Assembly (NCBI GenBank): GCA_043228905.1
Contig: JBHGNT010000026.1
Span: 1-64,000 of the forward strand
Reading direction: 5' to 3'
Origin: Azolla caroliniana
Taxonomy: Eukaryota; Plantae; Polypodiophyta
Length of the DNA: 64,000 nt
Positions 50,601 to 62,600 of the stretch are shown here, piece by piece (position 1 is the first letter of the stretch; each line of letters begins with the position of its first letter). The position numbers and the translations under genes are program-made. Under the pieces are notes generated by a model. That model did not search any database and had not been told where the DNA came from. It worked only from the letters and a program-made list of their open reading frames with translations.

Positions 50601-53600
50601 ATATGGAATTGAAAAATCAAAATTTTGAAACTCAGGTCGAGAGACATGACGAAATTAGCAAATTTGAGGAGTGAGTTGAGAGGAGCCCTTGAGTAAATAA
50701 AAATGTTCATACCTAGCTCGTGTGATATCGGATTTTTGTGTACAAACATGCGAATCGAAGCTAACAACGCTAGCTATGACATGGAATTAAAAAATCAAGA
50801 TTATGAAACTCAGGTCGAGAGACATGACGAAATTACCAAATTTGAGGAGGGAGTTAAGAAGAGCTATTAGGTAAATTAAAATGTTCATACCTGGCTCGTG
50901 TGATATCGGATTTTTGTGTTCAAACATGCGAATCGAAGCTAACAACGCTAGCTATGATATAGAATTAAAAAATCAAGATTTTGACACTCAGGTCGAGAGA
51001 CATGACGAAATTACCAAATTTGAGGAGTGAGTTGAGAGGAGCCCTTGAGTAAATTAAAATGTTCATACATAGCGAGTGTGATATCGGATTTTTGTGTTCA
51101 AACATGCGAATCGAAGCCAACAACGCTAGCTATGATATGGAATTAAAAAATCAAGATTTTGAAACTCAGGTCGAGAGACATGACGAAATTAGCAAATTTG
51201 AGGAGTGAGTTGAGAGGAGCCCTTGAGTAAATTAAAATGGTCATACCTAGCGAGTGTGATATCGGATTTTTGTGTACAAACATGCGAATCGAAGCTAACA
51301 ACGCTAGCTATGACATGGAATTAAAAAATCAAGATTTTGAAACTCAGGTCGAGAGTCATGACGAAATTACCAAATTTGAGGAGGGAGTTAAGAAGAGCTA
51401 TTAGGTAAATTAAAATGTTCATACCTGGCTCGTGTGATATCGGATTTTTGTGTTCAAACATGCGAATCGAAGCTAACAACGCTAGCTATGATATAGAATT
51501 AAAAAATCAAGATTTTGAAACTCAGGTCGAGAGTCATGACGGAATTAGCAAATTTGAGGAGTGAGTTGAGAGGAGCCCTTGAGTAAATTAAAATGGTCAT
51601 ACCTAGCGAGTGTGATATCGGATTTTTGTGTACAAACATGCGAATCGAAGCTAACAACGCTAGCTATCATATGGAATTGAAAAATCAAGATTTTGAAACT
51701 CAGGTCGAGAGACATGACGAAATTAGCAAATTTGAGGAGTGAGTTGAGAGAAGCCCTTGAGTAAATTAAAATGTTCATACCTAGCGAGTGTGATATCGGA
51801 ATTTTGTGTACAAACATGCGAATCGAAGCTAACAACGCTAGCTATGATATGGAATTAAAAAATCAAGATTTTGAAACTCAGGTCGAGAGACATGACGAAA
51901 TTAGCAAATTTGAGGAGTGAGTTGAGAGGAGCCCTTGAGTAAATAAAAATGTTCATACCTAGCTCGTGTGATATCGGATTTTTGTGTACAAACATGCGAA
52001 TCGAAGCTAACAACGCTAGCTATGACATGGAATTAAAAAATCAAGATTATGAAACTCAGGTCGAGAGACATGACGAAATTACCAAATTTGAGGAGGGAGT
52101 TAAGAAGAGCTATTAGGTAAATTAAAATGTTCATACCTGGCTCGTGTGATATCGGATTTTTGTGTTCAAACATGCGAATCGAAGCTAACAACGCTAGCTA
52201 TGATATAGAATTAAAAAATCAAGATTTTGACACTCAGGTCGAGAGACATGACGAAATTACCAAATTTGAGGAGTGAGTTGAGAGGAGCCCTTGAGTAAAT
52301 TAAAATGTTCATACATAGCGAGTGTGATATCGGATTTTTGTGTTCAAACATGCGAATCGAAGCCAACAACGCTAGCTATGATATGGAATTAAAAAATCAA
52401 GATTTTGAAACTCAGGTCGAGAGACATGACGAAATTAGCAAATTTGAGGAGTGAGTTGAGAGGAGCCCTTGAGTAAATTAAAATGGTCATACCTAGCGAG
52501 TGTGATATCGGATTTTTGTGTACAAACATGCGAATCGAAGCTAACAACGCTAGCTATGACATGGAATTAAAAAATCAAGATTTTGAAACTCAGGTCGAGA
52601 GTCATGACGAAATTACCAAATTTGAGGAGGGAGTTGAGAGGAGCCCTTGAGTAAATTAAAATGGTCATACCTAGCGAGTGTGATATCGGATTTTTGTGTA
52701 CAAACATGCGAATCGAAGCTAACAACGCTAGCTATCATATGGAATTGAAAAATCAAGATTTTGAAACTCAGGTCGAGAGACATGACGAAATTCGCAAATT
52801 TGAGGAGTGAGTTGAGAGAAGCCCTTGAGTAAATTAAAATGTTCATACCTAGCGAGTGTGATATCGGAATTTTGTGTACAAACATGCGAATCGAAGCTAA
52901 CAACGCTAGCTATGATATGGAATTGAAAAATCAAGATTTTGAAACTCAGGTCGAGAGACATGACGAAATTAGCAAATTTGAGGAGTGAGTTGAGAGGAGC
53001 CCTTGAGTAAATAAAAATGTTCATACCTAGCTCGTGTGATATCGGAATTTTGTGTACAAACATGCGAATCGAAGCTAACAACGCTAGCTATGACATGGAA
53101 TTAAAAAATCAAGATTATGAAACTCAGGTCGAGAGACATGACGAAATTACCAAATTTGAGGAGGGAGTTAAGAAGAGCTATTAGGTAAATTAAAATGTTC
53201 ATACCTGGCTCGTGTGATATCGGATTTTTGTGTTCAAACATGCGAATCGAAGCTAACAACGCTAGCTATGATATAGAATTAAAAAATCAAGATTTTGACA
53301 CTCAGGTCGAGAGACATGACGAAATTACCAAATTTGAGGAGTGAGTTGAGAGGAGCCCTTGAGTAAATTAAATTGTTCATACATAGCGAGTGTGATATCG
53401 GATTTTTGTGTACAAACATGCGAATCGAAGCTAACAACGCTAGCTATGATATGGAATTAAAAAATCAAGATTTTGAAACTAAGGTCGAGAGACATGACGA
53501 AATTACCAAATTTGAGGAGGGAGTTGAGAGGGGCCCTTGAGTAAATTAAAATGTTCATACCTAGCGAGTGTGATATCGGAATTTTGTGTTCAAACATGCG

Positions 53601-56600
53601 AATCAAACCTAACAACGCTAGCTATGATCTAGAATTAAAAAAGCAAGATTTTGAAACTCAGGTCGAGAGTCATGACGGAATTAGCAAATTTGAGGAGTGA
53701 GTTGAGAGGAGCCCTTGATTAAATTAAAAGGGTCATACCTAGCGAGTGTGATATCGGATTTTTGTGTACAAACATGCGAATCGAAGCTAACAACGCTAGC
53801 TATCATATGGAATTGAAAAATCAAGATTTTGAAACTCAGGTCGAGAGACATGACGAAATTAGCAAATTTGAGGAGTGAGTTGAGAGAAGCCCTTGAGTAA
53901 ATTAAAATGTTCATACCTAGCGAGTGTGATATCGGAATTTTGTGTACAAACATGCGAATCGAAGCTAACAACGCTAGCTATGATATGGAATTGAAAAATC
54001 AAGATTTTGAAACTCAGGTCGAGAGACATGACGAAATTAGCAAATTTGAGGAGTGAGTTGAGAGGAGCCCTTGAGTAAATAAAAATGTTCATACCTAGCT
54101 CGTGTGATATCGGATTTTTGTGTTCAAACATGCGAATCGAAGCTAACAACGCTAGCTATGATATGGAATTACAAAATCAAGATTTTGAAACTCCAGGCGA
54201 GAGACATGACGAAATTACCAAATTTGAGGAGTGAGGTTGGAAGAGCGCGTGAGTGAATTAAAATGTTCATACCTGGCTCGTGTGATATCGGATGTTTGGG
54301 TTTAAACATGCCTATCGAAGGTAACAACGCTAGCTATGATATGGACTTAAAAAATCAAGATTTTGAAACTCAGGTCGAGAGACATGACGAAATTACCAAC
54401 TTTGAGGAGTGAGTTGAGATGAGCCCTTGAGTATATTAAAATGGTCATACCTAGCGAGTGTGATATCGGATTTTTGTGTTCAAACATGCGAATCGAAGCC
54501 AACAACGCTAGCTATGATATGCAATTAAAAAATCAAGATTTTGAAACTCAGGTCGAGAGACATGACGAAATTAGCAAATTTGAGGAGTGAGTTGAGAGGA
54601 GCCCTTGAGTAAATAAAAATGTTCATACCTAGCTCGTGTGATATCGGATTTTTGTGTACAAACATGCGAATCGAAGCTAACAACGCTAGCTATGACATGG
54701 AATTAAAAAATCAAGATTATGAAACTCAGGTCGAGAGACATGATGAAATTACCAAATTTGAGGAGGGAGTTAAGAAGAGCTATTAGGTAAATTAAAATGT
54801 TCATACCTGGCTCGTGTGATATCGGATTTTTGTGTTCAAAAATGCGAATCGAAGCTAACAACGCTAGCTATGATATAGAATTAAAAAATCAAGATTTTGA
54901 CACTCAGGTCGAGAGACATGACGAAATTACCAAATTTGAGGAGTGAGTTGAGAGGAGCCCTTGAGTAAATTAAAATGTTCATACATAGCGAGTGTGATAT
55001 CGGATTTTTGTGTACAAACATGCGAATCGAAGCTAACAACGCTAGCTATGATATGGAATTAAAAAATCAAGATTTTGAAACTAAGGTCGAGAGACATGAC
55101 GAAATTACCAAATTTGAGGAGGGAGTTGAGAGGGGCCCTTGAGTAAATTAAAATGTTCATACCTAGCGAGTGTGATATCGGATTTTTGTGTACAAACATG
55201 CGAATCGAAGCTAACAACGCTAGCTATGACATGGAATTAAAAAATCAAGATTTTGAAACTCAGGTCGAGAGTCATGACGGAATTAGCAAATTTGAGGAGT
55301 GAGTTGAGAGGAGCCCTTGAGTAAATTAAAATGGTCATACCTAGCGAGTGTGATATCGGATTTTTGTGTACAAACATGCGAATCGAAGCTAACAACGTTA
55401 GCTATCATATGGAATTGAAAAATCAAGATTTTGAAACTCAGGTCGAGAGACATGACGAAATTAGCAAATTTGAGGAGTGAGTTGAGAGAAGCCCTTGAGT
55501 AAATTAAAATGTTCATACCTAGCGAGTGTGATATCGGAATTTTGTGTACAAACATGCGAATCGAAGCTAACAACGCTAGCTATGATATGGAATTGAAAAA
55601 TCAAGATTTTGAAACTCAGGTCGAGAGACATGACGAAATTAGCAAATTTGAGGAGTGAGTTGAGAGGAGCCCTTGAGTAAATAAAAATGTTCATACCTAG
55701 CTCGTGTGATATCGGATTTTTGTGTACAAACATCCGAATCGAAGCTAACAACGCTAGCTATGACATGGAATTAAAAAATCAAGATTATGAAACTCAGGTC
55801 GAGAGACATGACGAAATTACCAAATTTGAGGAGGGAGTTAAGAAGAGCTATTAGGTAAATTAAAATGTTCATACCTGGCTCGTGTGATATCGGATTTTTG
55901 TGTTCAAACATGCGAATCGAAGCTAACAACGCTAGCTATGATATAGAATTAAAAAATCAAGATTTTGACACTCAGGTCGAGAGACATGACGAAATTACCA
56001 AATTTGAGGAGTGAGTTGAGAGGAGCCCTTGAGTAAATTAAATTGTTCATACATAGCGAGTGTGATATCGGATTTTTGTGTACAAACATGCGAATCGAAG
56101 CTAACAACGCTAGCTATGATATGGAATTAAAAAATCAAGATTTTGAAACTAAGGTCGAGAGACATGACGAAATTACCAAATTTGAGGAGGGAGTTGAGAG
56201 GGGCCCTTGAGTAAATTAAAATGTTCATACCTAGCGAGTGTGATATCGGAATTTTGTGTTCAAACATGCGAATCAAACCTAACAACGCTAGCTATGATCT
56301 AGAATTAAAAAAGCAAGATTTTGAAACTCAGGTCGAGAGTCATGACGGAATTAGCAAATTTGAGGAGTGAGTTGAGAGGAGCCCTTGAGTAAATTAAAAG
56401 GGTCATACCTAGCGAGTGTGATATCGGATTTTTGTGTACAAACATGCGAATCGAAGCTAACAACGCTAGCTATCATATGGAATTGAAAAATCAAGATTTT
56501 GAAACTCAGGTCGAGAGACATGACGAAATTAGCAAATTTGAGGAGTGAGTTGAGAGAAGCCCTTGAGTAAATTAAAATGTTCATACCTAGCGAGTGTGAT

Positions 56601-59600
56601 ATCGGAATTTTGTGTACAAACATGCGAATCGAAGCTAACAACGCTAGCTATGATATGGAATTGAAAAATCAAGATTTTGAAACTCAGGTCGAGAGACATG
56701 ACGAAATTAGCAAATTTGAGGAGTGAGTTGAGAGGAGCCCTTGAGTAAATAAAAATGTTCATACCTAGCTCGTGTGATATCGGATTTTTGTGTTCAAACA
56801 TGCGAATCGAAGCTAACAACGCTAGCTATGATATGGAATTACAAAATCAAGATTTTGAAACTCCAGGCGAGAGACATGACGAAATTACCAAATTTGAGGA
56901 GTGAGGTTGGAAGAGCGCGTGAGTGAATTAAAATGTTCATACCTGGCTCGTGTGATATCGGATTTTTGTGTTCAAACATGCGAATCGAAGCTAACAACGC
57001 TAGCTATGATATGGACTTAAAAAATCAAGATTTTGAAACTCAGGTCGAGAGACATGACGAAATTACCAACTTTAAGGAGTGAGTTGAGATGAGCCCTTGA
57101 GTATATTAAAATGGTCATACCTAGCGAGTGTGATATCGGAATTTTGTGTTCAAACATTCGAATCGAAGCCAACAACGCTAGCTATGATATGCAATTAAAA
57201 AATCAAGATTTTGAAACTCAGGTCGAGAGACATGACGAAATTAGCAAATTTGAGGAGTGAGTTGAGAGGAGCCCTTGAGTAAATAAAAATGGTCATACCT
57301 AGCGAGTGTGATATCGGATTTTTGTGTACAAACATGCGAATCGAAGCTAACAACGCTAGCTATGACATGGAATTAAAAAATCAAGATTATGAAACTCAGG
57401 TCGAGAGACATGACGAAATTACCAAATTTGAGGAGGGAGTTAAGAAGAGCTATTAGGTAAATTAAAATGTTCATACCTGGCTCGTGTGATATCGGATTTT
57501 TGTGTTCAAACATGCGAATCGAAGCTAACAACGCTAGCTATGATATAGAATTAAAAATTCAAGATTTTGACACTCAGGTCGAGAGACATGACGAAATTAC
57601 CAAATTTGAGGAGTGAGTTGAGAGGAGCCCTTGAGTAAATTAAAATGTTCATACATAGCGAGTGTGATATCGGATTTTTGTGTACAAACATGCGAATCGA
57701 AGCTAACAACGCTAGCTATGATATGGAATTAAAAAATCAAGATTTTGAAACTAAGGTCGAGAGACATGACGAAATTACCAAATTTGAGGAGGGAGTTGAG
57801 AGGGGCCCTTGAGTAAATTAAAATGTTCATACCTAGCGAGTGTGATATCGGATTTTTGTGTACAAACATGCGAATCGAAGCTAACAACGCTAGCTATGAC
57901 ATGGAATTAAAAAATCAAGATTTTGAAACTCAGGTCGAGAGTCATGACGGAATTAGCAAATTTGAGGAGTGAGTTGAGAGGAGCCCTTGAGTAAATTAAA
58001 ATGGTCATACCTAGCGAGTGTGATATCGGATTTTTGTGTACAAACATGCGAATCGAAGCTAACAACGTTAGCTATCATATGGAATTGAAAAATCAAGATT
58101 TTGAAACTCAGGTCGAGAGACATGACGAAATTAGCAAATTTGAGGAGTGAGTTGAGAGAAGCCCTTGAGTAAATTAAAATGTTCATACCTAGCGAGTGTG
58201 ATATCGGAATTTTGTGTACAAACATGCGAATCGAAGCTAACAACGCTAGCTATGATATGGAATTGAAAAATCAAGATTTTGAAACTCAGGTCGAGAGACA
58301 TGACGAAATTAGCAAATTTGAGGAGTGAGTTGAGAGGAGCCCTTGAGTAAATAAAAATGTTCATACCTAGCTCGTGTGATATCGGATTTTTGTGTACAAA
58401 CATGCGAATCGAAGCTAACAACGCTAGCTATAACATGGAATTAAAAAATCAAGATTATGAAACTCAGGTCGAGAGACATGACGAAATTACCAAATTTGAG
58501 GAGGGAGTTAAGAAGAGCTATTAGGTAAATTAAAATGTTCATACCTGGCTCGTGTGATATCGGATTTTTGTGTTCAAACATGCGAATCGAAGCTAACAAC
58601 GCTAGCTATGATATAGAATTAAAAAATCAAGATTTTGACACTCAGGTCGAGAGACATGACGAAATTACCAAATTTGAGGAGTGAGTTGAGAGGAGCCCTT
58701 GAGTAAATTAAATTGTTCATACATAGCGAGTGTGATATCGGATTTTTGTGTACAAACATGCGAATCGAAGCTAACAACGCTAGCTATGATATGGAATTAA
58801 AAAATCAAGATTTTGAAACTAAGGTCGAGAGACATGACGAAATTACCAAATTTGAGGAGGGAGTTGAGAGGGGCCCTTGAGTAAATTAAAATGTTCATAC
58901 CTAGCGAGTGTGATATCGGAATTTTGTGTTCAAACATGCGAATCAAACCTAACAACGCTAGCTATGATCTAGAATTAAAAAAGCAAGATTTTGAAACTCA
59001 GGTCGAGAGTCATGACGGAATTAGCAAATTTGAGGAGTGAGTTGAGAGGAGCCCTTGAGTAAATTAAAAGGGTCATACCTAGCGAGTGTGATATCGGATT
59101 TTTGTGTACAAACATGCGAATCGAAGCTAACAACGCTAGCTATCATATGGAATTGAAAAATCAAGATTTTGAAACTCAGGTCGAGAGACATGACGAAATT
59201 AGCAAATTTGAGGAGTGAGTTGAGAGAAGCCCTTGAGTAAATTAAAATGTTCATACCTAGCGAGTGTGATATCGGAATTTTGTGTACAAACATGCGAATC
59301 GAAGCTAACAACGCTAGCTATGATATGGAATTGAAAAATCAAGATTTTGAAACTCAGGTCGAGAGACATGACGAAATTAGCAAATTTGAGGAGTGAGTTG
59401 AGAGGAGCCCTTGAGTAAATAAAAATGTTCATACCTAGCTCGTGTGATATCGGATTTTTGTGTACAAACATGCGAATCGAAGCTAACAACGCTAGCTATG
59501 ACATGGAATTAAAAAATCAAGATTATGAAACTCAGGTCGAGAGACATGACGAAATTACCAAATTTGAGGAGGGAGTTAAGAAGAGCTATTAGGTAAATTA

Positions 59601-62600
59601 AAATGTTCATACCTGGCTCGTGTGATATCGGATTTTTGTGTTCAAACATGCGAATCGAAGCTAACAACGCTAGCTATGATATAGAATTAAAAAATCAAGA
59701 TTTTGACACTCAGGTCGAGAGACATGACGAAATTACCAAATTTGAGGAGTGAGTTGAGAGGAGCCCTTGAGTAAATTAAAATGTTCATACATAGCGAGTG
59801 TGATATCGGATTTTTGTGTACAAACATGCGAATCGAAGCTAACAACGCTAGCTATGATATGGAATTAAAAAATCAAGATTTTGAAACTAAGGTCGAGAGA
59901 CATGACGAAATTACCAAATTTGAGGAGGGAGTTGAGAGGGGCCCTTGAGTAAATTAAAATGTTCATACCTAGCGAGTGTGATATCGGAATTTTGTGTTCA
60001 AACATGCGAATCAAACCTAACAACGCTAGCTATGATCTAGAATTAAAAAAGCAAGATTTTGAAACTCAGGTCGAGAGTCATGACGGAATTAGCAAATTTG
60101 AGGAGTGAGTTGAGAGGAGCCCTTGAGTAAATTAAAATGGTCATACCTAGCGAGTGTGATATCGGATTTTTGTGTACAAACATGCGAATCGAAGCTAACA
60201 ACGCTAGCTATCATATGGAATTGAAAAATCAAGATTTTGAAACTCAGGTCGAGAGACATGACGAAATTAGCAAATTTGAGGAGTGAGTTGAGAGAAGCCC
60301 TTGAGTAAATTAAAATGTTCATACCTAGCGAGTGTGATATCGGAATTTTGTGTACAAACATGCGAATCGAAGCTAACAACGCTAGCTCTGATATGGAATT
60401 GAAAAATCAAGATTTTGAAACTCAGGTCGAGAGACATGACGAAATTAGCAAATTTGAGGAGTGAGTTGAGAGGAGCCCTTGAGTAAATAAAAATGTTCAT
60501 ACCTAGCTCGTGTGATATCGGATTTTTGTGTACAAACATGCGAATCGAAGCTAACAACGCTAGCTATGACATGGAATTAAAAAATCAAGATTTTGAAACT
60601 CAGGTCGAGAGACATGACGAAATTACCAAATTTGAGGAGTGAGTTGAGAGGAGCCCTTGAGTAAATTAAAATGGTCATACCTAGCGAGTGTGATATCGGA
60701 TTTTTGTGTACAAACATGCGAATCGAAGCTAACAACGCTAGCTATGACATGGAATTAAAAAATCAAGATTATGAAACTCAGGTCGAGAGACATGACGAAA
60801 TTACCAAATTTGAGGAGGGAGTTAAGAAGAGCTATTAGGTAAATAAAAATGTTCATACCTAGCTCGTGTGATATCGGATTTTTGTGTACAAACATGCGAA
60901 TCGAAGCTAACAACGCTAGCTATGACATGGAATTAAAAAATCAAGATTATGAAACTCAGGTCGAGAGACATGACGAAATTACCAAATTTGAGGAGGGAGT
61001 TAAGAAGAGCTATTAGGTAAATTAAAATGTTCATACCTGGCTCGTGTGATATCGGATTTTTGTGTTCAAACATGCGAATCGAAGCTAACAACGCTAGCTA
61101 TGATATAGAATTAAAAAATCAAGATTTTGACACTCAGGTCGAGAGACATGACGAAATTACCAAATTTGAGGAGTGAGTTGAGAGGAGCCCTTGAGTAAAT
61201 TAAAATGTTCATACATAGCGAGTGTGATATCGGATTTTTGTGTACAAACATGCGAATCGAAGCTAACAACGCTAGCTATGATATGGAATTAAAAAATCAA
61301 GATTTTGAAACTAAGGTCGAGAGACATGACGAAATTACCAAATTTGAGGAGGGAGTTGAGAGGGGCCCTTGAGTAAATTAAAATGTTCATACCTAGCGAG
61401 TGTGATATCGGAATTTTGTGTTCAAACATGCGAATCAAACCTAACAACGCTAGCTATGATCTAGAATTAAAAAAGCAAGATTTTGAAACTCAGGTCGAGA
61501 GTCATGACGGAATTAGCAAATTTGAGGAGTGAGTTGAGAGGAGCCCTTGAGTAAATTAAAATGGTCATACCTAGCGAGTGTGATATCGGATTTTTGTGTA
61601 CAAACATGCGAATCGAAGCTAACAACGCTAGCTATCATATGGAATTGAAAAATCAAGATTTTGAAACTCAGGTCGAGAGACATGACGAAATTAGCAAATT
61701 TGAGGAGTGAGTTGAGAGAAGCCCTTGAGTAAATTAAAATGTTCATACCTAGCGAGTGTGATATCGGAATTTTGTGTACAAACATGCGAATCGAAGCTAA
61801 CAACGCTAGCTCTGATATGGAATTGAAAAATCAAGATTTTGAAACTCAGGTCGAGAGACATGACGAAATTAGCAAATTTGAGGAGTGAGTTGAGAGGAGC
61901 CCTTGAGTAAATAAAAATGTTCATACCTAGCTCGTGTGATATCGGATTTTTGTGTACAAACATGCGAATCGAAGCTAACAACGCTAGCTATGACATGGAA
62001 TTAAAAAATCAAGATTATGAAACTCAGGTCGAGAGACATGACGAAATTACCAAATTTGAGGAGGGAGTTAAGAAGAGCTATTAGGTAAATTAAAATGTTC
62101 ATACCTGGCTCGTGTGATATCGGATTTTTGTGTTCAAACATGCGAATCGAAGCTAACAACGCTAGCTATGATATGGAATTACAAAATCAAGATTTTGAAA
62201 CTCCAGGCGAGAGACATGACGAAATTACCAAATTTGAGGAGGGAGTTAAGAAGAGCTATTAGGTAAATAAAAATGTTCATACCTAGCTCGTGTGATATCG
62301 GATTTTTGTGTACAAACATGCGAATCGAAGCTAACAACGCTAGCTATGACATGGAATTAAAAAATCAAGATTATGAAACTCAGGTCGAGAGACATGACGA
62401 AATTACCAAATTTGAGGAGGGAGTTAAGAAGAGCTATTAGGTAAATTAAAATGTTCATACCTGGCTCGTGTGATATCGGATTTTTGTGTTCAAACATGCG
62501 AATCGAAGCTAACAACGCTAGCTATGATATAGAATTAAAAAATCAAGATTTTGACACTCAGGTCGAGAGACATGACGAAATTACCAAATTTGAGGAGTGA

